A stretch of 64,000 nt of DNA, from positions 1-64,000 of the forward strand of contig NIVC01000594.1 of the NCBI GenBank assembly GCA_002269645.1. The letters are read 5' to 3'. Each line of letters opens with the position of its first letter. The stretch's first letter is position 1. The notes beneath the pieces are model-generated. The model was not told the origin of the DNA and did no database searches. It saw only the letters and a program-made list of their open reading frames with translations. Source of the DNA: Macrostomum lignano (lineage: Eukaryota). The position numbers and the translations under genes were made by a program. Shown piece after piece: positions 54,001 to 64,000 of the stretch.

Positions 54001-57000
54001 TCAGCTGAGGGATCTGGGAGGGAGTATGATTCAGCTGAGGGATCTGAGAGGGTGTGGGATTCAGCTGAGGGATCTGAGAGGGTGTGGGATTCAGCTGAGG
54101 GATCTGGGAGGGAATATGATTCAGCTGAGGGATCTGGGAGGGAACATGATTCAGCTGAGGGATCTGAGAGGGCGTGGGATTCAGCTGAGGGATCTGGGAG
54201 GGAGTGGGATTCAGCTGAGGGATCTGAGAGGGAATATGATTCAGCTGAGGGATCTGGGAGGGAACATGATTCAGCTGAGGGATCTGGGAGGGAGTATGAT
54301 TCAGCTGAGGGATCTGAGAGGGTGTGGGATTCAGCTGAGGGATCTGAGAGGGTGTGAGATTCAGCTGAGGGATCTGGGAGGGAATATGATTCAGCTGAGG
54401 GATCTGGGAGGGAACATGATTCAGCTGAGGGATCTGGGAGGGAACATGATTCAGCTGAGGGATCTGAGAGGGTGTGGGATTCAGCTGAGGGATCTGGGAG
54501 GGAACATGATTCAGCTGAGGGATCTGGGAGGGTGTGGGATTCAGCTGAGGGATCTGAGAGGGAACATGATTCAGCTGAGGGATCTGGGAGGGAGTGGGAT
54601 TCAGCTGAGGGATCTGAGAGGGAATATGATTCAGCTGAGGGATCTGGGAGGGAACATGATTCAGCTGAGGGATCTGGGAGGGAGTATGATTCAGCTGAGG
54701 GATCTGAGAGGGTGTGGGATTCAGCTGAGGGATCTGAGAGGGTGTGAGATTCAGCTGAGGGATCTGGGAGGGAATATGATTCAGCTGAGGGATCTGGGAG
54801 GGAACATGATTCAGCTGAGGGATCTGGGAGGGAACATGATTCAGCTGAGGGATCTGGGAGGGAATATGATTCAGCTGAGGGATCTGGGAGGGAATATGAT
54901 TCAGCTGAGGGATCTGGGAGGGAACATGATTCAGCTGAGGGATCTGGGAGGGTGTGGGATTCAGCTGAGGGATCTGAGAGGGAACATGATTCAGCTGAGG
55001 GATCTGAGAGGGAATATGATTCAGCAGAGGGATCTGGGAGGGAACATGATTCAGCTGAGGGATCTGGGAGGGAGTATGATTCAGCTGAGGGATCTGAGAG
55101 GGTGTGGGATTCAGCTGAGGGATCTGAGAGGGTGTGAGATTCAGCTGAGGGATCTGGGAGGGAATATGATTCAGCTGAGGGATCTGGGAGGGAACATGAT
55201 TCAGCTGAGGGATCTGGGAGGGAACATGATTCAGCTGAGGGATCTGAGAGGGTGTGGGATTCAGCTGAGGGATCTATGAGGGAATATGATTCAGCTGAGG
55301 GATCTGGGAGGGAGTGGGATTCAGCTGAGGGATCTGAGAGGGAACATGATTCAGCTGAGGGATCTGAGAGGGTGTGGGATTCAGCTGAGGGATCTGAGAG
55401 GGAGTGGGATTCAGCTGAGGGATCTGAGAGGGAACATGATTCAGCTGAGGGATCTGGGAGGGTGTGGGATTCAGCTGAGGGATCTGAGAGGGAACATGAT
55501 TCAGCTGAGGGATCTGGGAGGGAATATGATTCAGCTGAGGGATCTGGGAGGGAACATGATTCAGCTGAGGGATCTGAGAGGGAACATGATTCAGCTGAGG
55601 GATCTGAGAGGGAATATGATTCAGCTGAGGGATCTGAGAGGGAGTGGGATTCAGCTGAGGGATCTGAGAGGGAACATGATTCAGCTGAGGGATCTGAGAG
55701 GGTGTGGGATTCAGCTGAGGGATCTGAGAGGGAACATGATTCAGCTGAGGGATCTGGGAGGGAATATGATTCAGCTGAGGGATCTGGGAGGGAACATGAT
55801 TCAGCTGAGGGATCTGGGAGGGAATATGATTCAGCTGAGGGATCTGGGATTGGAACTCAGGTTCAAGCCACTGTCAACTTACATTCGGCGCCCTCTTCCA
55901 GCTTTGCAGCCATTCGCGCCATCTCCAGCTGGTGCTGCAGCCGCATCTCCTGCCGTTTAACCAGGGCGTAGGCAAAAGAAGCCGTCAGCACAATGACATT
56001 GCTGAGCCACCATAGACCAGTCTTCACCTCCCTATAGGCCAAGTAGCCCAATACTGTCTGGGCGCAGGACTTGGCCGTGCCGCTAACATTATGAGTCAGC
56101 GGACTAGTGAACTGAATCTGCAGGCCCGTCACATAGCCGATGGCGAAGCCGAGCACACCGGAGGCCAGCATCACCAGCCAGAATGCGGCCGAGCTGATCA
56201 GCTGGGAGCCGGCAACAGCGCCGGAATCGCCAGTGAGCACCAGCAGGGGCAGGAAGATCAACACGGCGTTCAGATTGTTGTACAGCGTCAGCTTCCACAC
56301 GTTGTTGTCAACGGCTGGCAGCACCTTCTTAGTGTAGATCGCATTCAGAGCTACGAATAGGGAGGCTAAGAGGCCATAGACAACACCGGACACGGACAGG
56401 GAGCCTGCGGAGGGACAAGGGGCGATTCTTCCTAATCTTAGCTGCTGTTCAGGGCGATTCTTCCTAATCTTAGCTGCTGTTCAGGGGCGATTCTTCCCAA
56501 TCTTAGCTGCTGTTCAGGGGCGATTCTTCCTAATCTTAGCTGCTGTTCAGGGGCGATTCTTCCCAATCTTAGCTGCTGTTCAGGGGCGATTCTTCCCAAT
56601 CTTATATTAGCTGCTATTCAGGAGCGATTCTTCCTAATCTTAGCCGCCGTCTGCTGTTCACGGGCGATTCTTCCTAATCTTAGGTGCTGTCCTCCTGTCC
56701 GTTTGTCTGTCAGTCAGTCTATCTGTTTAGGGAGTTTGCTTTTGTGACGCGAATTTATACTTTGGCATAATTCTGAGCTCCTGGTAAAATACTAATAACT
56801 TAATTATGCATATACTCGGGCCGCTCTGTGATAACTACTAACAGTAGCAACGAGCAGAACAGCGCATCAAAGAAGCCTACCGGACACTTTCTCCTGGTCC
56901 ACGCCGAGAAGGAAGCCTACTATTATGAAGCCGCAACAGATGATGGCCTTTAGCGAGGTGGTCTGTCCCAGAATCACATAAGACAGCAATGCGTTGAACA

Positions 57001-58115
57001 CGGTAGTGAATGACCTGCCGGCATAATAGAAACTGATGCCGACATCTTTTAGACACAAATTATTGAATGTCACCATGGCAACGAAGATGAACGATAGGGG
57101 AGCCACTTTGCGGCACACCTGCAGTCGGATCTTGTGATGGATGGGATGGGAATTCAATCTGAATATTTTCAAAGTAGGATTTCTCTTTATTAAATCACTG
57201 ATAGAATTAAGAACCTAACCTTATTCAGGGAGTCAGGGACCTTCTAGTGTTAAACACCAATCGATCCAGTCTATAGGAGGGACCCTACACTATGGCACAC
57301 CAATGGACCCAGTCTATAGGACCCTGCACTATGGCACACCAGTGGACCCAGTCTATAGGACCCTGCACTATGGCACACCAATGGACCTAGTCTTTAGGAC
57401 CCTGCACTATGTCACACCAGTGGACCTAGTCTTTAGGACCCTGCACTATGGCACACCAATGGACCCAGTCTATAGGACCCTGCACTATGGCACACCAGTG
57501 GACCCAGTCTATAGGACCCTGCACTATGGCACACCAATGGACCTAGTCTTTAGGACCCTGCACTATAGCACACCAGTGGACCCAGTCTATAGGACCCTGC
57601 ACTATAGCACACCAGTGGACCCAGTCTATAGGACCCTGCACTATGGCACACCAGTGGACCTAGTTAGTCTCTAAGACCTTGCATTATGGTATACCAATGG
57701 ACTACTATTAGTGTACTATTCATGGATAGTGCACTGAGACTTATAGAAAAAAACCTCAACAACTAAAAACACTCACAGCAACAGAAGGAAAGCTGAAGCA
57801 CATTGGCACCAGATGGGCAAGGCCTGCTAAGAGATAACATAATACCAAAGATACAAGACATTGGAACCAAGTAACAAAATATGGTGCATCTAGTTTGAGC
57901 TCATCACTGCTGAGTAGATACTTATTAAGAAACACCAGTGATATTGATACCACCCAATAAGCTACCACAACAGCAAATATCCTTGTTGATTGAGTCATAA
58001 ATGAAATGCTATGTTGTTGGCGCATATCTTTGCCAAAAACAATATAAGACAACTGAGTAGAGTGAAGATTGAATGATGAAACAGGGGCCAATGGTTGGCC
58101 AACAGTGCGTCGCAT
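51065..58115 (-). CDS. SLC35C1: GDP-fucose transporter
   Basis: Exons 58115 (or 58025/57998)-57777, 57130-56881, 56404-55883 and terminal 51105-51065 (donor GAAT|GTAAGT, acceptor AATTTCAG|, ending [13 protein letters not shown]). Motifs [80 protein letters not shown]. Confidence 0.93.
51172..55850 (+). repeat. 4.7-kb 30-bp satellite (TCAGCTGAGGGATCTGGGAGGGAACATGAT) with higher-order structure, in SLC35C1 intron 3
   Basis: About 156 monomers in register; variant monomers recur at 390-bp and 1830/1860-bp spacings. Confidence 0.97.
56420..56690 (+). repeat. Minisatellite, about 33-34 bp, in SLC35C1 intron 2
   Basis: GGGGCGATTCTTCCTAATCTTAGCTGCTGTTCA repeated about 8 times. Confidence 0.92.
57270..57710 (+). 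repeat. Minisatellite, 39 bp, in SLC35C1 intron 1
   Basis: GACCCTGCACTATGGCACACCAATGGACCCAGTCTATAG repeated about 11 times; contains no CpG. Confidence 0.93.
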
Positions 58116-59241
58116 ATAATAGACAAAAGTTTAGGCTTTGTAAATTATATTAGCTTGGCCTTGGCTTATAGCTGGAATTGAAAATAAAAAATGAAAAAAT
58201 TAAATAGATATTGAAATAATTGACTTTATTTTCTTAAAAATAAATTGCAATATAGAACATAAGCTTTATGTAGGCCTATTAAATAGATTACTATTTTACT
58301 ATTAATTATAACTTATATTATTTGTTTTTGTCAGTTTTTATAAAAATTTTGTTTTATTTGAATAGTTATGATTTCTGGAATTATAATAACTTATTGTTTC
58401 ATAGTGCTATTACTAAACAAAAACAACTATAAATGTAATTTAGCCTGTAAGTATAATATAACTTGCCATTTGATATTAATAAGCATAACTTCATAAGCAC
58501 TAATAAAATCGGTGTATCTTTACTATTGGTATTAGTAGCCTATTGAGCACAGTTTTCTTAATTAACCAAATCAATGAAAAAATCAATGAAAAAAGAAAAC
58601 AATAAACTGTATAGAAAACTAATCTAGCAATTACAATAAATCAGAGAAAAAATGAACTAAAAAATTGTATAAAACTTCCAATTTATTGTCTCTCACTTTC
58701 AAGCTTTATGCAATTCAAAGAAACATTTTCTTCATATTATACAATTAAATTAAAAGTATCGAGAATTTCGTGAATATTTTACTACCCAAATTTGTTTGCT
58801 TAGTGTGTAAGACTTACTTGATTTAGATTTTTAATGTATGCATTATTTGTTTGTTTGGAAAGCTGTTTTTAAATCTCGCTACACTTAAAAGATTTTTTCG
58901 AAACATATCGAACTACCGTTTATATATTAGGCGAATTTTTAATCAGACTGAGAGAGCTATTATTCAATTGAGTAAATTTTAGCATGCTTTATTTTTTTCT
59001 ATTTTATCGACAAATTTTAGAGTTGGTATCAATATTCACAAGGCGTTCAGACCTTATACTGTCCTTACAGATTACGTCCACGTACTTTTTATCTATAAAT
59101 AGAATATAAAATATAGTACAATGTTCTTGCTGATCAATCAATATTGAAACTCATTTTTTAGAGTTCAGTTTGCCTTTGTCCCAGATTCCGACTTTTAGAC
59201 ACAGCAGTTGAACTCAATTTGAAGAGACGGAGCAAAATATA

Positions 59242-59314
59242 AGCCCCTGGGGAGGATCGAACTCCCGACCCCTGGTTTACGAGACCAGTGCTCTAGCCAC
59301 TGAGCTACAGAGGC
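59242..59314 (-). tRNA. tRNA-Thr (anticodon CGT)
   Basis: GCCTCTG TA GCTC AGTGGCTA GAGC A CTGGT CTCGTAA ACCAG GGGTC GGGAG TTCGATC CTCCC CAGGGGC T forms a complete cloverleaf; a TTTT terminator follows a few nt downstream. Confidence 0.95.
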
Positions 59315-59744
59315 TTGATGGGGTCAGGTATCCTTGCTACTATTTATCGGTTGTTTTGTCTTTCGTTCAGAGCGCATGCCCTGCACTCCGCCCTCTGTAA
59401 TATGCGCCCCCACAAAATTTCTGGTAGCACCACTGAACTGCGTAGCTGCTTTTAAAAACAATACAGTCACTGGCTTAATTCGTAAATCGAGTGAGATCAA
59501 GTATCGATTTAACTCTACAATAAAACTATTGTTTTATGATAAGCTTGAGATTGCATTTGCATGTATCAATATAGCCGTAGCCTGTACTATTATATTGTGT
59601 GTGTCATCTACACTGTAAAATCCAAGTCGAGTCTATCTATATAAAGAACTGATTTATCCAAAGGTTACGATCCAACTGTGATTGATGGAAGAGGCAGGGC
59701 AAGGCTGAAAGACAATTTGTCGCAAGAGCTGGTACACAGTCACA

Positions 59745-60220
59745 GAGACTTCCTATACTTCCACGAGACTTCCTATACTTCCAGAGACTTCATGAGACTT
59801 AATGAGACTCCATGAGACTTCCTGTGCTTCTATAAGACTTTCTGTGCTTCCATGAGACTTCCAGTGCTTCTATAAGACTTTCTGTGCTTCCATGAAACTT
59901 CCAGTGCTTCCATGAGACTTCCAGTGCTTCTATAAGACTTTCTGTGCTTCCATGAAACTTCCAGTGCTTTCATTAGACTTCCAGTGCTTCTATAAGACTT
60001 TCTGTGCTTCCATGAGACTTCCAGTGCTTTCATTAGACTTCCAGTGCTTCTATAAGACTTTCTGTGCTTCCATGAAACTTCCAGTGCTTTCATTAGACTT
60101 CCTGTGCTTCTATAAGACTTTCTGTGCTTCCATGAAACTTCCAGTGCTTTCATTAGACTTCCAGTGCTTCTATAAGACTTTCTGTGCTTCCATGAGACTT
60201 CCAGTGCTTTCACAAGACTC
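59745..60220 (+). repeat. Minisatellite of 20-bp subunits organised as a 60-bp trimer
   Basis: GACTTCCAGTGCTTCTATAA / GACTTTCTGTGCTTCCATGA / AACTTCCAGTGCTTTCATTA cycle. Confidence 0.92.
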
Positions 60221-60275
60221 CTCGTCTGATTTTAATGAAAATTATGGCTGAAATGGCAGAAAAAGCAAAAGATGC

Positions 60276-60279
<4 letters not shown>

Positions 60280-60316
<37 letters not shown>
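60280..60316 (+). repeat. (CAG)n trinucleotide microsatellite, about 12 units
   Basis: Directly visible. Confidence 0.9.
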
Positions 60317-60317
<1 letters not shown>

Positions 60318-60779
60318 TTTTTAGTCCGAATATATCAAATTATAGTTGAGCATTCCCTTCGCAAGCGTGTAGGCAATCATATTCGATTTGAACCCTGCAT
60401 AATTTATCTCCGCTACAAACTGCATGTGTATAAAGAGGAGGCGATTGTAATTTCTGAATGCTTGAATCCCGGCAGTCTGTAGATCGTCATGCAAATTATA
60501 TTAAATTACAGCTCAATAATGGCTCCGCCCTGGATCGCTGCTTTAAAGTCAATATGAACTCTGGGTTTACTCGTTAAATTAAAAGTTACATAATTGGGCA
60601 TATAAATGTAAACATTCGATTGCCGAAAATGTAAATTACTTTGCATTTTGCCTGGAGGCCAAATATCGATTAAATTCGAGCTATAATGCTTCGAGGATCA
60701 GCACCCAAAAATACATAATGAATTAACATCATGTGCACACTGGATGGGATGTAAATGTAGCTTTCATTTTGCATAAAGC

Positions 60780-61375
60780 GAAACCGGACAAACCTAAACC
60801 GGACAGAACTGAACCGGACAAACTTGAACCGGACAGAACTGAACCGGACAAACTTGAACCGGACAGAACTGAACCAGACAAACTTGAACCGGACAGAACT
60901 GAACCAGACAAACTTGAACCGGACAGAACTGAACCGGACAGAACTGAACCGGACAAACTTGAACCGGACAAAACTGAACCGGACAGAACTGAACCGGACA
61001 AACTTGAACCGGACAGAACTGAACCGGACAAACTTGAACCGGACAGAAATGAACCGGACAAACTTGAACCGGACAGAACTGAACCGGACAAACTTGAACC
61101 GGACAGAACTGAACCGGACAAACTTGAACCGGACAGAACTGAACCAGACAAACTTGAACCGGACAGAACTGAACCGGACAAACTTGAACCGGACAGAACT
61201 GAACCGGACAGAACTGAACCGGACAAACTTGAACCGGACAAAACTGAACCGGACAGAACTGAACCGGACAAACTTGAACCGGACAGAACTGAACCGGACA
61301 AACTTGAACCGGACAGAACTGAACCGGACAAACTTGAACCGGACAGAACTGAACCAGACAACTTGAACTGGACCT
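60780..61375 (+). repeat. Minisatellite, 15 bp alternating units GAACCGGACAGAACT / GAACCGGACAAACTT
   Basis: About 39 units visible. Confidence 0.95.
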
Positions 61376-62399
61376 GAATAACACTTTAATCAAGCATCGA
61401 TCGATTTTTTACACTGTAATCGAATCGATTTATTTTAGATAGATCATTTTTCTTCTTTTGCTTTTACTAAAATATTCTAGAGTTTTCACAAAGCTTCATA
61501 ATGTTTTGGTTAATCCTGCCTCAGCAGATGATTTTAGTTGAGCTAGTTCCTGCTTAAATTAAGTTGAAAGAAGGCTCAGCCCATTATAAAGACCAATGCA
61601 TATACACTCTCTGCAAATCTTTCCAAACTTTCAAGCACTCGCTGACAGCTGAGACTCTCTCCTGCTCTCCACTGTCTCTCGGACCTGAACAGCTCAGCGC
61701 CATGGGACTCGCATGGAAGTAGCAGGCAGTTCTGCTGGAATCTTTCAAGCTGCCCTCAGCTCTCTCCCGCGCCACTCTTTGCGCCACTCCTCCTCGTCTC
61801 CCTTATCTCTGCTGGGCTATCGATTCCACGGTAAACAGAAATCCCTCGATTTCTACCCCCCTCCCAGCCTGGATATTTCAGCCCCTACTTCTGTTGGTGT
61901 CTATGGGATATTTTAGAGATTTTTTAGAGGAACCTCCATCCTCCCCGACACTGCATGGTGAACCTTGGCGGAATCGAGCCTGCCGCAGCTCCAGCCCGCC
62001 ATGCGTGGCCCACTTCAAATCCCCTGCCAACAATCTCGCCTATAACCGCGGAGGAAAAATCCCTTTCCCTGTCATGCCACACTGCATGACGCCGACGGGG
62101 TTCCTCAAAGAATCCCCAAAGATTTTCTAGGATTTTGGCAGAGCCTTCTTACCATGGAATCCATCTGACCCGTGGAAGCCGCTAAAGGGATTTACCGGAC
62201 GGGCCTCCGCGCTAAGGGGATCTGCGGCGCGGAGTTAATCAGCCTCGCCTTTGTTCATAAAGTATTTATTAATCCCCTTGCCAACCCAATACTATTGCCG
62301 GTAGAAAAGCTTACTGATTGAGTGTCAAGATATTTCAGCTTCTGGAATGGCAGGGCTCCTGCTTCTCGGTCAATCCTCCCGTGAGACGTGAGACATCTC

Positions 62400-62590
62400 G
62401 TCAGTGAGGCGCTGCAACCTCCCGTCAGTGTCCCTCCGTAAGCCACTGCAACCTCCCGTCAGTGTCCTGTAAGCTACCGCAACCTCCCGTCAGTGTCAGT
62501 GTCCTGTAAGCCACCGCAACTTCTCTTCAGTGTCCTGTAAGCCACCGCAACTTCTCTTCAGTGTCCTGTAAGCCACTGCAACCTCCCGTC
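62400..62590 (+). repeat. Short minisatellite, about 30 bp (CAGTGTCCTGTAAGCCACCGCAACCTCCCGT)
   Basis: 5-6 imperfect units. Confidence 0.8.
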
Positions 62591-63575
62591 AGTTCTCATG
62601 CAGTGCCCCCGATTCCGGCAATTTATTTCTCAGGCCAGTTCCATTTAGCCGGAGTCGCCTGCCCCCGGCCAAACATTGATTCAGCCAGGAACCGGGATGG
62701 GCAGAGGGCGATGGGAGGCTGGCAGCACAGCTGCCTCAGGCTGAGGAGCTGAGGATAGCGGATCTAATTAGCCGTTCAGTTCCAAGAACGAAAGAAAGAG
62801 GCGAGGCGAGCAAGATGAGAGAAAGAGAATAAGCCCTCTGTCAGGCTCAGTGGGAGGTCTTTTAGAGCACTGCAGCTTCATCAGCTCTCTATTCCACACG
62901 TGACCGAGCGCTCGCTGCAGTGAAAAGCTTGAAATTGGCTGGTGCTTGGGGCACTGCAATGATTTCTATTATACTCATAGTGCATGTGCTTCGCACAATA
63001 TGTTAGAAAAATCGATTTCTCGGCTGACTTAAAAAGACTGACATGAGGAACGGGTGAGTCCAGCAGCATCTCCGATGTGGCAATAAAACTATAAAGTTTT
63101 AAAATCGTACACTCCAGTCAAATCGTCTAAATAATTAATTGTCCTGTCATAAATAACGAATAAAATTTTACAAGTCTAATATAACTTTGTCGAGTCGAGC
63201 TGCACCGAAGCCTAGTAGAAACAGAGGCAAACCATGGCAAACCTTTAATAATAATTACCCAAATTAAGAGAGAGAGAGAGAGAGAGGAGAGTGTGTGAAG
63301 TGAAAGCTACTCAAACTTGAGCCAGATCGGACTCGATGTGCGAGCAAGCTACGAGTGTATTAGACTAAGTATTGAATGTACTTTAACTGTGCAGGTCCAT
63401 GTGGCCATCAGTTCTCTACATGGATATTAAAGACAAAGTTCCATATCAAGCAAGCGTGGATTACTTTAATTTATTGGTTTTAACTAATAATTAAAACAAT
63501 TTCCTCTGAAAGCGCATTAAGCTGTTCAAAGTGGGTAAACTCTTCATTCTCATTTTCGATCATTTTGTAAAGAAT

Positions 63576-63720
63576 CAGTGGCGTAGCCAGGATTTCTTTC
63601 TGGGGGGGGGGAGGGGGCAGGGGGTGCTAGGCCTCTGCGACGGGGGAGGGGGGTTGCTGCCGCATTTGGCCTGGATCAGCCGGCTGGGGGCATGACCCCC
63701 CTCCCTTGGCTACGACCCTG
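63576..63720. mobile_element. hAT-type MITE (145 bp)
   Basis: TIRs CAGTGGCGTAGCCA / TGGCTACGACCCTG; flanking 8-mers TAAAGAAT and TAAGGAAT (7/8 match, TSD); G-rich interior. Confidence 0.8.
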
Positions 63721-64000
63721 TAAGGAATAACTTAACTGTACTTTAGGCTGTCATGGCTGGGGATTGAAATACAGAGAGCTGATTAACAGATCAATGCGAA
63801 CTCCTACGTGCATTTCAATGTACATTCAGCAGGTGCAGGGAGGCAGAGGATGTTCCACGGGGCTCGAGGTGGACAGTCAAGAGAGTAAGAAATTCAGAGA
63901 CGAGAGAAGAAAATTGCATCGCGCTGTGCTTGGAGTTTAGTTTAGCTACTAGTAGTTTGCAGCGGGCATGAAGGCACCATGCCAAATCAAGGCTACCTTT

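Noticed and set aside
55863-55882. SLC35C1 ending at the ORF-track stop (CKLTVA*)
   Set aside because: A perfect donor GAAT|GTAAGT at 55883/55882 and an in-phase terminal exon at 51105-51065 explain the end better; intron retention remains possible.
51167-55971. Very long ORFs (607, 617 aa) of [10 protein letters not shown] decapeptide repeats
   Set aside because: By-product of a stop-free 30-bp satellite on the strand opposite SLC35C1, inside its intron; two frames are open.
60245-60322. Short ATG-initiated poly-Ala ORF over the CAG repeat
   Set aside because: Only about 25 codons, with no splice or homology support.
60729-61393. EPDRT/SGSVL/NRTEL repeat ORFs
   Set aside because: 15-bp minisatellite open in multiple frames; no unique coding flanks or splice context.
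61540-62330. Semi-open frames suggesting a decayed retroelement
   Set aside because: No diagnostic RT, integrase or transposase motif could be identified by eye.

Overview
Eukaryotic (metazoan) genomic DNA with GT-AG introns and no prokaryotic features. The intronic minisatellites and the gene set suggest an invertebrate, possibly a flatworm such as Macrostomum (inference only). Five spliced protein-coding genes were reconstructed by hand: a PLB1-like GDSL phospholipase (+), a Cys-less pentameric ligand-gated ion channel (-), a canonical poly(A) polymerase with an apparent frameshift at codon 14 (+), an NDR/STK38 kinase (+) and a GDP-fucose transporter SLC35C1 (-). There is also one tRNA-Thr(CGT). 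Mobile DNA includes a full-length Buster/Charlie-type hAT transposon with a perfect 8-bp TSD and a single nonsense codon, several hAT-type MITEs, two RTE-type LINE fragments and two copies of a tRNA-derived CORE-like SINE. About 20 micro- and minisatellites fill most of the long introns. The most striking unexplained signal is three multi-kb domains (about 28.1-32.6, 39.2-46.0 and 57.2-58.8 kb), each at the 5' end of a housekeeping gene, in which CpG is almost absent. Duplicated segments inside them show CG->TG/CA->TA double transitions, and AGCT/AGGCCT words are conspicuous. This resembles a RIP-like CpG+CpA hypermutation footprint in an animal genome.
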